Assembly: GCA_951406725.2 (NCBI GenBank)
Contig: OX597817.1
Location: forward strand, 56,978,001 to 57,042,000
Length of the DNA: 64,000 nt
Direction of reading: 5' to 3'
Origin: Octopus vulgaris
Lineage: Eukaryota
The position numbers and the translations under genes were made by a program. Below, piece after piece: positions 1 to 13,384 of the stretch. The notes beneath the pieces were generated by a model, which worked only from the letters and a program-made list of their open reading frames with translations, had not been told where the DNA came from and searched no databases. Each line of letters begins with the position of its first letter. Position 1 is the stretch's first letter.

Positions 1-729
1 GTGGTGGTGGCGGCGATGGTTGGAGGGGTGTTGATTATAATGCTGGTGGTTGAAGTGGTGTTGGTTGTGGAAGTGGTGAATGGAACTGGTGATATTGCTG
101 ATGGTGGTGGGGAAGGAAGGTTGCTGAAGTGGAGAGGTTGTTAGTGAAGTTTACGTTGATACTGATGACGATGACGATGATGATGATGATGATGACGATG
201 ATGATGATAATGACGATGATTGTGATGGTAGTTAGCCATGGAGATGTTTAGAGGTCAATAATGAAGAAATGTGTCTGTAACGTCAAAAAACCATGAGCGG
301 TTTGGTTTATTGAGAAATTCGATCTCGACGGTGGAGTGAAGGCCACGGTCGGTCTCAATCTCCCCCCATCTCTCCCCCCCTCTCTCTCTTTCCCACGCAC
401 ACACACACACACACAGATCACACTCGCGAATGCGCACGCACACATATCTTAAAAAGACAGCCAACTACATATTTTTTTAATTTTTTACAGGAAAGAAAGA
501 AAGACAAGGAAACAGCAGAAATATAAAAGATCAAGTTATCGAGAAAGAAAAAAACCATAACTGCCTCACTAAGGAAACAAAGCAGCCAAATAAAAGAAGA
601 GGCGGGGAATTAAGCATCAGAAGATGGGAGGAGGCGGCGGAGGAGGAGGAGGAGGAACAGGTTGTACATCTCAGACCAAATAGTGTATTTAGCTGCACCT
701 CGCGAACGCAATTGCAAATCGTTGCCATG

Positions 730-1120
730 GAGTTGTAGGATTGGCTGTGTGGTAAGTAGCTTGCTTACCAGCCACATGGTTCCGGGTTCAGTCCCACTGC
801 ACTGCGTGGCACCTTGGGCAAGTGTCTTCTATTATAGCCTCGGGTCGACCAATGCCTTGTGAGCGGATTTGGTAGACGGAAACAGAAAGAAGTCCGTCGT
901 ATATATATATACAAATGTGCGCGTGTGTGTGTATGTGTGTACCCCCACCCACTATCACTTGACAACTGATGCTAGTGTGTTTACGTCCCTGTAACTTAGC
1001 GGTTCGGCAAAATTGACGGATAGAATAAGTTCGAGGCTTATAAAGAATAAGTCTTGGGTCGATTTGCTCGACTGAAGGCAATGCTCCAGCATGGCCGCTG
1101 TCTGAAACAAATAAAAGAAT
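730..1120 (+). mobile_element. SINE family A (tRNA head, CORE-like box, internal microsatellite, TAAAAGA tail), near full length
   Basis: TGGCTGTGTGGTAAG A-box, GGTTCAGTCCC B-box, CACCTTGGGCAAGT, tail CTCCAGCATGGCC...GAAACAAATAAAAGA; more than 15 copies in the window. Confidence 0.9.
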
Positions 1121-1762
1121 AATAAATAAAAAAAAAATGGAGTGCAGCCAACGCTCCTCGATGCAACAGCCACCTCACCTCGCGGAGCTCATTTCTCAGA
1201 CGGGTCGCAGTTATCCCGATTTTGCGGCGGACATTTGCAGTGCAGGGTCCGAGGACACCTGAGATTGTGATGACTCAAGCACAAACTGACAGCGGCCGAT
1301 TTGGCACCTGTATTTGTTCATTTTTCTCTCTTCTGTGTTACGGGCGGCGATACCCGGACTTGCGGACGGACGATTCACGAGCAGACATGGTCTCCAGCTC
1401 AAACCCCCCCCCCCACACACACACTTTTGACCCACCAGGCCATTCTGTAATAGTGAGACCGGTTTCTTGGTTTCTTCCGACGGTCTGTTTTGAGGTGTAT
1501 TTCCTAAAAGCTAGCATCCGATGTTACGGTTTATTTCCTGGCTACTTAGAGTGTAAAATCACAATACTGATAATAACGAAAACGAAAAACTTGAACTTCC
1601 AGACTTTCCGCTTGGTTTATTCATAATTGTCCGATACGTGTTTCGATCGTATTAAAATATGTGTGTGTATGTATATATATACATGTATGTATATATATAT
1701 ATATACATGTGCCCCAGCATGGCCACAGCTCATTAGCTGAAACTGGAAAATCAAAATCAAAT

Positions 1763-1804
<42 letters not shown>

Positions 1805-1890
1805 TGACGCATATTTGCCATTTGAATATGGCTAACCCCTAAGGGTGGATGCTACTGTAGTTTGTAGCCGCAGGAAGATACCTCCTCCAG

Positions 1891-1956
<66 letters not shown>

Positions 1957-2027
1957 ATATATGTATACATACACTCACATACTGAAAGGAGCCTCTCATA
2001 TATATACACACACACATATATGTATAT

Positions 2028-2182
2028 GACGGGCTTCTTTCAGTTTCTGTTTACTAAATCCACTCATAAGGCTTTGATTGGCCTGAGGATATAAAAAACA
2101 GACACTTACCCAAGGTACTACCTAGTGGGACTGAACCTGGAACCTTGTGGCTGGGAAGCAAACTTCTTAACCACACAGCCAT
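2028..2182 (-). mobile_element. SINE family A, 5' half
   Basis: Reverse complement of the family A head. Confidence 0.85.
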
Positions 2183-4240
2183 CGCAGCAATAAACGAAAT
2201 TTATGCATCATAATATATTAGAAATAAATTTCAATAAACATGAAATTTCCACTGGTTCTGGTCGGCATTCCAAATATGACCATCCCGTCATTTTAGGGAG
2301 CTAAGATTACATAATATAATGTATGTTGTGTTTTGGCATTTATTTATTTTCTTGTGTGTGTGTGTGTGTGTGTGTGGCGAGGTGTGGTTTGAATGAGAAT
2401 TGGTTGCTGTTTCTAGCATGTTTTATGACCATGCCGAGATTCGTTCGTTTGTCAGCGAGGAGAGTGGGTGATTGGGTGTGACTCTACTGACTGAGAGACA
2501 GAGGGTTCGTGTCTCGGTGAGGGAAGATTAAGGGGCGAGAAAGGAGATCTCTTATCGCAAGGGAGTTAACACATTCTAATACATATGCATCATCGTGCTT
2601 ATATAAACCGATTAATAAGATTTATCTCTTAGAAAAGGTGGAGGGGAAGGTTAGGGAAATGGTGGTGGGGGAAGATGATGTAAGTGTGGTTGTAGTGGTA
2701 GTAGTAATAATGATGGTAGTATTGGAGGTGGGGTTGGTGCTGGTGCTGGTGCTGGAGGTGGTGATACAGATAGTTGGATGTATTGAGCCCGTTGTTATTG
2801 GTGGTGGTGGTGGGGTCGGTGGGTTTGGGGGTCGGTAGTGGTGGGTCAGTGGTGGTGGCTGTGGTGGTAATGGTGTGGAAGTTGTGGTTAAAGCATGAAG
2901 GTGGTAATGTGGTGTTAATGGTAATAATTGTCGCTGTAACATGTAGTAGTAGTAGTAGTAGTAGTTGTGGTGGTGGTGGTGGTGGTGGTGGTAGTAATGT
3001 CGGTTAGTGACGGTGGCGACGGGCGGGGTGGGGGAATGTTTTCTGGATGATACTGGTGTGGTGGGCGGTGAGTGGTGGCGGTGGAAACTGAAATGGTGGC
3101 GTGATGGTGAAGGATAAAAAGCACTATGACGCTATTTTAGGCGTGGCCACGGGTAGTTTACCCTATCATACCATCAGATTACTTCCTAACACCGAGAAGA
3201 GAGAAAGAGAGACAGGAAAGGAAGGAGAACGAAAGAAAGAAAAAGAAAGAAAGAATGAAAGAAAGAAAGTCCTACAACAATCAGGAAACCCCTAACAAAG
3301 GTCCCTAAAAGCTATACAACCCGAAGTATTTAATTCAGTGCCAACTAATCCATAACGAAGGTTTCCAGGGTAACGAGACTTTTAAGGCATTTTAGGGGAT
3401 AGTGTTTTGTCGAGTTGGTTGGGTTAGGGCGTTGTGTGGATGCTGCTGTTTAAACTCGGGTCAAATGGTAATCGAAGAGATTTTAGATCAAAGACCTTCT
3501 AACCAATAAAAGAAACGTTCGCAGAAATCTGGAGAATGGGTGCGGGTTGGGGGAAGACAGTCGTCTCATGTTTTGGCAAAAAATTTCATGGATAAGGAAT
3601 GATACGTGAGCAAATGCGTTGCCTTGACAACGAAGCAGGGTTTGTATTCGTCACTTTTGCAGCTCCTGCTGATGAAATCGACGCAACAAAACGTTCCCAG
3701 AATTTATCAGCCCCTCTATTAGTCAGTGTCTCCCGACCCTGGTTGCATCAGGTTCCTCAAAGTCTTCTTTGTCCATTCTTCAAGGCTCTTCATTCACACG
3801 ATCTGCTTCAAATGGCTCAGGCACCAAAATAAAGGTGGGGGGGGGGGACAACGAGGATGAGGAGGAGGAAGAGGGGGACGAGGACGAGGAGGAGGAGGAG
3901 AGGAATGTTGTAACAGTGTTGCCGGTGTTGGTGATCGTCCGTTGTCATGGAGCGATGTCCAGATTTGACAAGCGTGAACATCGACCACAGTCCATCACAC
4001 ACACACACGCACACGCACACACACGCACACACACACACACAAATACACACACACATATGCATTAATACCTCTGATGAAGCCATAGTACTATGCTCTGGGT
4101 GTACAACCTCTCATAGCAGAAACAGTTATAAGTTAATGAAGTTGAGTGCGTGGCTCCTGTTCGCTGGTCATTCATTCATTAATACACACACACACACACA
4201 CACATACACACACAAACACATATATATATATATGTGTATA

Positions 4241-4684
4241 GGCGCAGGAGGGGATGTGTGGTAACAAGCTTGCTTCCCAACCACATGGTTCCGGATTCAG
4301 TCCCACTGCACTGCGTGGCACCTTTGACAAGTGTCTTCTACTATAGCCTCGGGCCGACTAAAGCCTCGTCAGTTGATTTGGTAGACGGAAACTAAAAGAA
4401 GCCCATCATATATATGTGTGCGTGTGTGTGTGCGTGTGTGTGTGTGTGTCTGTCTGTCTGTGTATTTGCGTTTTCTGTGTTTGCCCACCATCACCACCAC
4501 CACCACCATCGCTTGACAACCGACGTTCATGTGTTTACATCCCCGTAACTTAGCGGTTCGACAAAAGACAACCGATAGAATAAGTACTAGGCTTACAAAG
4601 AATAAGTCCTGGGGTCGATTTGTTCGACTGAAGGCGGTGCTCCAGCATGGCCGCAGTCAAATGACTGAAACAAATAAAAGAATA
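4241..4684 (+). mobile_element. SINE family A, full length
   Basis: GGCGCAGGAG start through AATGACTGAAACAAATAAAAGAATA. Confidence 0.9.
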
Positions 4685-5897
4685 CACAGAATGTTTCTGT
4701 GAGTGCAGTTTTTTTTTCCTAAGAAAGGCCAAAGCGCTCAATATACATCTATAGAGGATATGTGCATGGTGTGAGGTACGAGTGTGTGTGTGGTAGGAGG
4801 TGGTGTGCGTGTGGAGTGTGTGGGGAGGGTGCGTAATGAAGGTGTATGGGGAAACCAGGAATCTAAAGCAAAGGATTTGGTGCAATCTTTAGAGACGGGA
4901 TTGTATTCCTGGTTACTGCATATATAGACATAGAGACTTGCACCTATGACTCACTGAATTATCACTTGCACACGCACACACACACACACACATGGGTATA
5001 TACACATATACATATATATATATATATAATATATATAGCAGACCCACAAACATGTGTGCATATGCGTGTAAACATACAAAGTATATAGTTACATGCGTAT
5101 GTGTGTGTGCATGTACGTATATATTTATATCTTTGTATGTATATATGTACGTATGTATGTATGTATGTATGTATGTATGTAGGTATGTATGTATGTATGT
5201 ATGTTTGTATGCATGTGTGCATGCATGTATGTGTGTGAGAGAGAGAGTATGCATGTGTGCATTTACCTCAATGTATTTATACCTTTGTATGTATGTATGT
5301 ATGTATGTATGTATGTATGTATGTGTGTGTGTGTGTATATGCACGTGTGCGTATGTGTGTGCATGTATGAGTATGTATGTGTGTGTGCGTATGTGTATGC
5401 ATGCGTGTGTATCTGTGCGCGTGTGGTATGTATGTGTATGAGTGTATGTGTGTGTGTGGTATTATGTGTGTGTGTGTATGCATCTACCAATGCATGCATA
5501 TAACAAAGGACGTTAGAACTGGAGAGATAAAAATAGTAATTGTTTCTTACGTAAGAATAACTAAGGTAGGGGCAGAGGGTGGGGCAACTTCAAGGATATG
5601 GGAGCAGGGAGCTTGTAATAGGGACCCCTCTCTTTTCCCTGCTTTTAAGAACTCATCTGCTTTTACTCTTCTTCTTCTTCTTCTCTTTCTCCTCCTCCAC
5701 CTCCTCCTCTTCCTTCTTTTTCTTCAACCTTCTTTATATTTCTAAACATCTTTCACTCTCGTACGTACAAGCAAGTCGACCCCTAAATAACATTAGGGAA
5801 CAGATACCCTTACAAAGAAATCGTTGCGTGAACGCTAACACAATGGCACGTGCCCACCTCTACATCTGCCGAATGTACATCCAACAATACATGTATG

Positions 5898-5941
<44 letters not shown>

Positions 5942-5943
<2 letters not shown>

Positions 5944-6051
5944 CCTACTCGCTTAGCAAGCGGGGTGGCGTCATTCGAAGGCTAAAACAATGCGAACGCA
6001 TTGTGACCAGCGATGTGTAACAACATCTGATGGTCTGGTCGGTCACGTGAT

Positions 6052-6058
<7 letters not shown>
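5942..6058 (+). mobile_element. Short (~117 bp) dispersed repeat embedded in (TA)n; probable retroposon 3' end
   Basis: Near-identical copy at 32526-32645; ends TCACGTGATCACGTGA. Confidence 0.7.
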
Positions 6059-6119
<61 letters not shown>

Positions 6120-6157
6120 ATGTATGTATGTATGTATGTGTGTATATGTATATACGT

Positions 6158-6311
6158 GACGGGTTTCTTTCAGTTCCTGTTTACCAAATCCACTCACAAG
6201 GCTTTGGTCGGCCCTAGGTTATATTTGAAAACATTCTCCGAAGGTGCTACGCAGTGGGACCGAACCAGGAGCCATGTAGTTGGGAAACAGTTCTCCTACC
6301 ACACAACCACG
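6158..6311 (-). mobile_element. SINE family A, 5' half
   Basis: Reverse complement of the family A head. Confidence 0.8.
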
Positions 6312-6444
6312 TCACACACACACACATACATCACATGGCCTACTTTGCATAATGCTTTCAATGTTTCTTGTGTTCTTGATGCATTGAGAAGATGTGGTAC
6401 CTACAAGATTGTTTCTTTGATGTGTGTGTGCGTGGTGTTTGTGT

Positions 6445-6507
<63 letters not shown>

Positions 6508-7063
6508 TGTGAGAAAGAGAGTGTGTATATGTGTGTGTGTGTGAATCTCTGTGTTGGGGTTATGTCAAAGCGTTGTTGAAAGGCACTGTGTTGTCGCTAT
6601 CTCTCAATCTCTCGGTAAGTGCTAACGCACCAAACTCTCGGCTTTTGAGTCACTCGGCTGCTTCTGATAAATATCAAGAAGTTCTGTTTTTCTTGTTTGC
6701 ATTACCAAACCATTTTCTCATTCAAAGGATTCCACCGCAGATTCATCTTCTCAAACCCAGTGTGGAACAAAGAAACAAAAAAAAACAGTTTGTAAATGCT
6801 TCACGGGGTGTACTACAAACTCACCGCCCTACTCACATAAATACACCCATGTTGACAGGTCCCTGATATTAGATAAAGCCTTAGCAATTACGATGCACAA
6901 ACTGGTAGCACCAGTTTTCTGTCGCTTCTGTAACTGTTAAGTATGTAAACAGATCGGCTGCTTGTTTCTCCAAGAATTTGGACAAATTGATGAAGACGCC
7001 TCTGACGAGATTCGAAAATCGATTAAAATTCAGTTCTATATTTAAGAGATGAAAAATTATGCA

Positions 7064-7195
7064 CATTATTTACATTATTTACATTTGATGGATATTTTCC
7101 TCATCTTGTTTGTTGTTAACACAACGTTTCGGCTGATATACCCTTCAGCCTTCATCAGGTGCCTTGGGGAAATTTCGAACCTGGGTTCTTATTCC
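7064..7195 (-). mobile_element. Penelope-like terminal repeat fragment with hammerhead-like motif
   Basis: Minus strand CTGATGA-A-GGCTG..CAGCC-GAAACGTTG; inverted partial copy at 7912-7975. Confidence 0.6.
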
Positions 7196-7245
<50 letters not shown>

Positions 7246-7730
7246 GAGTGAGAGAGCAGTTCATGCCATCAAAGTGACACTGGGGTAAAATATACGAAGC
7301 CCAATATACCCATCATGACTACCCGTCTGATAAAGGTACACCAGGCACATGCATCACAACATGTGCGCGACATGGTGATCTCATATCAAGATAAACAGCA
7401 CATGACCTTGCAGGTGGGGCCCAGTTGGAATTTTCTTCAAGTTGAGTAGCCCATCCCGCTCAAACGGTCCCTGAATAAGGGTTGTTTAAGGATATTGAAA
7501 GAACCACCCATGTTTCCAGAGGTGAACTATTCAAACCCCTCAAAGAATCCCTCTCAACACATGGCTATGATGCTCCCCCACTACTTCTGCTCGTGATCAG
7601 AGATGCACATATCGTCAGCCACTGAGGGACATGCTCAACTGGTTAAAGTCAAACAACTGACAAGCAAATCTGTGGTATTGAGCAGAATATTTGCTGTAGC
7701 CCATCTTTTATCCCAAGACAAAACAATGTA

Positions 7731-7731
<1 letters not shown>
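7246..7731. mobile_element. ~490 bp non-coding element inserted in a (TTA)n microsatellite (possibly R4/Dong-related, non-autonomous)
   Basis: Complex sequence with sharp boundaries, flanked on both sides by (TTA)n. Confidence 0.5.
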
Positions 7732-7775
<44 letters not shown>

Positions 7776-7783
7776 TATTATTA

Positions 7784-7869
<86 letters not shown>

Positions 7870-8561
7870 TAGGTCACTGCCTGGAATCGAACTCGGAATC
7901 TTGGGGTTAGTAGCCGAAAGGTTGTGTTAACAACAAACAAGATGAGGACAAATATCCGTCACATGTAAATAATGTCGATTAAAATCGTTTATCATTTCTT
8001 CAATCTACAGAGAAACAGTTAAATTATCCCTGTTTATGAAAATACCATATATATATAGTATGAATGATGGCGGCGTGGCCGGATGTCGATAGACGATAGC
8101 CGTTGGCAAAGGGAGATAATCTCCTTGTTTACATTTGTATCGAGGTTTTTCCCCTCCATATTTTAAAGAGATCTTAGGCCAACAGGATTTGGGGCCTAAC
8201 GATATGCCATAAAGGTAAACCCTTTATGGACGGGAAACCCCTACTTGTTGTTTATACACCTGCCTTCGTCTTTTGTTTTTCTGTAAATTTTAACTATATA
8301 TATACATACTATATAGGTTTCAGCCCAAGGCTGAAACATACGATGACTATCAACATGTTGTAATAAAACCGAGCCAAATATGGTTTATTTTACGAGGTAC
8401 CCCTTGTAAAATCACTAAATAAGACGCTTCTGCGCCGAGGGATGCACCATGACCAGTTGAACAGGATCCCAAACACAAGGGATCGATGCAAGATGGGTCG
8501 AAACGATCGTTGTGAGCCATAAAGTAGCTTGTATACTCCATTTTCCGTTTCTATCATTTGT

Positions 8562-8649
<88 letters not shown>

Positions 8650-9308
8650 ACATATATGCATACATACACATACTTCAGTTGACTCATACACTTAACTCCG
8701 TCTCTAATTGTCTATCTCTCCTTGTTTCTATATACGTCTGTCTTTTTCTCTATATATATGTGTGTGTGTGTGTACGCGTGTCTGTACATACATACCTTTC
8801 ATATATGTCTATAAATGTCTATCCTTCTGTCTGTCAATCAGTTTATCTGTCTGTATATTTCCGCTCTCAATTTACTAATTTTTTTTTATTTAAATTCTCC
8901 TTAAAAAATATGTCTTACATTTCAGTGAATCATACAGCCATTTAGCTTCCTTCCTCCTCCACCACCACCACCCCTCTCTCTCTCTCTCTCTCTCTCTATC
9001 AATCTATCTATTTATTTATCTATCTGTCTATCGCTCTCTACATGTTTCTATCTCCTACCACCAAGACACACATACATACACACACAAATGCAGCAACAAC
9101 AACAACAGCAACAACAACAGCAACCATTAGAACCAAAATCGTAAACAGTGAATCTTGACGACGTCATTCTGCAGTATTCTTGAAACTTAATATGTTCTAC
9201 TTGTCATCGTTCCTTCTGAAAAGAACTGGATGCAGTCACCGCCACCATTACCACCACCACCACCACCACCACCACCACCACTAATACTACTACTACTTCT
9301 ACTACTAC

Positions 9309-9398
<90 letters not shown>

Positions 9399-10812
9399 TG
9401 ATGATAATAGTAAAATTTGTTGACCTGAAGGGCCCATGACATTGGAGATAGTGTAAAGACTAAATACAAAATGTCAACAACATATCGTGAGATGTTTCAG
9501 TCAACTAAAACGTGTGATTTATACTTGACAACAAAGATACAGAAATAATAATTTTTTTAAAATAACAATATAGAACACCAATATAAGAACAAGAAAGAAC
9601 CCTACCCCCCGGGAACTCGAGCTATATTACCTTGACATACTGAGGATAAGTACCTTCTCTCAGTTCTTGCGGCCAATCTTCAACTGCATAGTCAGAGTGG
9701 TCCCGTTTAACTACGCGGCAGTTTCGACACTCTCATCTATATTACATAAAATATACACGACTTTCCTATGTCACACCCAGTTCGAACGGAATAACCCCAA
9801 CGTCTTCATTCTCAGCGGTAATCGCCATAAAATATGCAGACGGAAAGACAAGACATCTTTGGCGACAACTACATCAATGACATACTGATAATGATGATGA
9901 TGATGATGATGATGATGACGATAGCAATAATAATTTAAAGAGAAAATAGTAGAGGCACATGAGAAAAGAAGAAAATAAAAGAAAAACGATGACTAAGGCA
10001 AACATATAAAAATGTCAAGTTGAGAAGAAAGAAAGAACGAAAGAAAAAATGAAAGAAAGAAAGAACGAAAGGAAGAAAGAAAGAAAGAAAGAAAGGAGTG
10101 ATAGAAAGAAGAAACGATGAAGAGAATGTTTAAAACTGAGACAGCTTTTAGAGAGATGTGGGTGTAAGAAGGATGGAAAACGAGAGAATATGAGAGAGAG
10201 AGTGTGTGTGTGCGTGTGTGCGTGAGAGAGAGAGATGGAGATATGGAGAGAGATATGTGGTGAGAGGGACAGAATAAGACTGAGTCACAGAGGGAACGAG
10301 TGAATGAGAGAGAATGAGTGAGAGATAAAATGAGTGGCAGGACATGCGTGTACATGTGTATTTGAGAGGGAGAGAGAACGAATTTGTGCGAGAGAGCGCG
10401 CATTTGTTTGTGTGTGAGAGGGAAAGAGAGAGAGAAATACCGATTGAAACAAAAAGAAAGACAGAGAGAGCGAGCAATATATTCACAGTCTTGGTTATCT
10501 CTTGTTTCTGGGTTCAAATTTCTGACCCGAAGGTGAAACGATGCGTTGAATGGATGGGGTAAGGAATACGGCTCTTTGAGGCTGACTCAACATGGCTAAG
10601 TGTTACGATGGTGTCACGTGGCTGGTTTAGTGAATCAGTAGAGGAAACTAATGAGGGCAATAAACAGTGAAGTAAAAAAAACTGTTCACGCAGCGAATAA
10701 ATTAGTTTTACCTTAGGGAAAAACAAGAGAATATTGACGCTTCGGAGTTTTGTCCTTCATCAGAGAAAAAAGACAATATTTTCTAATAATTAAAATTAGT
10801 TAACATTATTAG

Positions 10813-11017
10813 GGCGGTCAGCTGGCTGAGTCGTTAGCACGCCGGATTAAATGCTTAGCGGCATTTCATTCGTCGTTACGTTCTGAGTTCAAATTCCACC
10901 GTGGCCTACTTTGCCTTTCAACCCCTCGGGGGGCGGGGTTCGATAAAATAAGTATGTAATTGACTTACACTCCCCCTCTTCGACATTACTGGCGTTGTGT
11001 CAAAATTTTAAACCAAT
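10813..11017 (+). mobile_element. SINE family B (tRNA head plus Meta-like domain), diverged
   Basis: GGCGGTCAGCTGGC..GAGTTCAAATTCC..CTTTGCCTTTCA..CGATAAAATAAGTA. Confidence 0.8.
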
Positions 11018-11919
11018 GAAATGGTTAACATTTCATTATCATAAACTCCATCAACAACAACTGCGCTCATATTAATTCCACCACCACCACCACCACTACT
11101 ACCATTATCATCGTCAGCATCAGCATCAGCATCATCATCGTCATCGTCAGCTTCATCATCATTGTCAGTGTCAGCATCGTTACCAACAACATATTCATCA
11201 TCGTCGTCGTCGGCATCATCATCATCGTCATCATCATCATCGTCAGCATCATCATCATCATCATCGTCATCATCATCGTCAGCATCATCATCATCATCGT
11301 CAGCATCATCATCGTCATCATCATCGTCATCGTCAGCATTATAGCATCGTTATCAACAACATATTCATCACCCTGTCAAAACCCTTACAAATACCATCGT
11401 CTCCTCCAAAACCGTCATCATCATCATCATCATCATCATCATCACCACGACCACCGCCTTCCCTTCATCGTTGTCGTCTTCCGTTCCCATAAGGCGTAGT
11501 CCACAGACTAAGACGTGTCCACTCAATGCTGACCAATCAGCTTCAGCCATTGGCTTCTAACTGTGCCATGGCCAGCAGTTTCATTAAACACAGCAACACC
11601 ATCACATCTCACAAGCATCATCACCATCATCTCCACCACAACCAGCAGCAGCAGCAGCAGCAACGACGCCATAATCACATTCACTGACGTCACCATTATT
11701 ATAAACATCATCAGCATCTCCCGTCCAAGAACCTTTACGTGGTCGCTCAACCCGCTAGAAATAGCAGCCGTATCACCTCCAAATCCCATCTCACCGTTTG
11801 AGGAAGAGACATAGTAAACAGTGTGGCCCTGGGTCCTTGCGGATAGAAAAAAGGCGAGATAGTCACGGTTGGACGATCTTTGATTATAGGTCAGCTCCTT
11901 TATCAAAACATGCGTACCT

Positions 11920-12097
11920 TTCACATCAGCCATTGGATAGCGATCATACTGGAGCATCGCCATGAAGAGTATTTAATCGAACGAATCGACCTCAGTCTGG
12001 TTCTTATTCTATCGGTTCCCTTTTGCCGAACAGCTAAGTTACGGGGACGTAAAACACCATCGCCAGTTGCAAGCAGTGGTGGAGACGACAAACACAG

Positions 12098-12184
<87 letters not shown>

Positions 12185-12355
12185 TATATACACGACGGGC
12201 TTCTTTCAGTTTCCGTCTACCAAACCTACTCACAAGGCCTTGGTCGGCCCGAGGCTATAGTAGAAAACACTTGCCCAAGGTGCCACACAGTGAGACTGAA
12301 CTCGGAACCATGTCATTTGGGAAGCAAGCATCTTACCAGACAGTCACGCCTGCGC
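11920..12355 (-). mobile_element. SINE family A, full length
   Basis: Reverse complement of head, internal (TA)/(CA) microsatellite and tail. Confidence 0.85.
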
Positions 12356-13009
12356 TTGTGTGTATATATTTGTGTCAACGTATGAGTAAATGCATGAGTA
12401 TGTGTGTCTGCCTGAATGGGTATGTGGTTTACAAGTGTGTATATTAGGCTTGTAAGTTCTCTCTCATATGATACAGTATTGTCCAGCTTCACCATCCTCG
12501 CATTTCACCGAAAATAGCCACGTTTCAAGAATATTTAATGATATTTTATTGTGTCTAACTGATCTCTTCCTGAATCACGGCCAGCAACATTCCACACTTT
12601 TTGATAAAACGTATAAAAGAAGAAGAGATGACCGTTGTTGATTTAAACAAGAGCCACTCTTTGATATATCCGCAACAGCATTGCGTGTACGATCTAAGTC
12701 AAAACGTCTTTCGACATGTGATATGTGAGAGAACAATGCCTGGATCGCATCGCCGGCAGCCAAATAAACAAACAAATTAATAAATAAATATATAAATAAA
12801 TAAAAACATAGATAAATTTTCACAATGTCCACACGAAGCTGGTGTGAAATTCAATCCAAAGTCGACAAAGGAATGGAATTTCATTCAGAAGTCTACTTCG
12901 TGAAGTACGAAGCTTGTTTACAAGTTGTGGTCGCGAAGCGCGGTAGTGTAAACGGGAGGGGGATCCACCACCAGGCGGCGCTTTTGGGTTTGCCATATAA
13001 GCATGTGGT

Positions 13010-13258
13010 GGAGGCGTGTGGCTTAGTGGTTAGGCTGTTGGACTCATGGTCGTAAGATTCTGGTCCCGATTCCTGGACCGAGTTATGCATTATGTTCTTG
13101 AGCAAAACACTTCACTTCACATTGCTGCAGTCCACTCAGTTGGAAAAAAATGAGAATTCCTGCGACGGACCGGCGTCCCGTCCAGGTGAGGGAATATATT
13201 GGCCACGGAAACCAAGAAACCGGCCCTAGGAGTCTATATGACTGGGGAAGGTACTTTA
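13010..13258 (+). mobile_element. SINE family C-related (tRNA head, CORE-like middle, short tail)
   Basis: GGCGTGTGGCTTAGTGGTTAG..CGATTCCTGG..CTTGAGCAAAACACTT..CCTGCGACGGACCGGCGTCCCGTCCAGG; relatives at 21155, 52070 and 59920. Confidence 0.75.
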
Positions 13259-13384
13259 TCATTTATCCTATCCAATATAAATCTGCGTGAGAGCGAGGGT
13301 GAAAACCTCAAGGGTTGACCCGAGCGGCACACATTCTAGCCATGCCACTCGCAAAATACAACCATACTATGTTGCAAGACTATA

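Noticed and set aside
1-240. His-rich minus-strand micro-ORF MANYHHNHRH..
   Set aside because: Trinucleotide repeat origin; stops in all frames within a short distance.
3599-4000. Complex sequence with an acidic stretch as a candidate second exon
   Set aside because: No frame gives the expected FAM167 continuation (EMRxQD), and no convincing splice sites were found.
12575-12832. Minus-strand ORF with protein-like middle
   Set aside because: No recognisable domain or splice signals.
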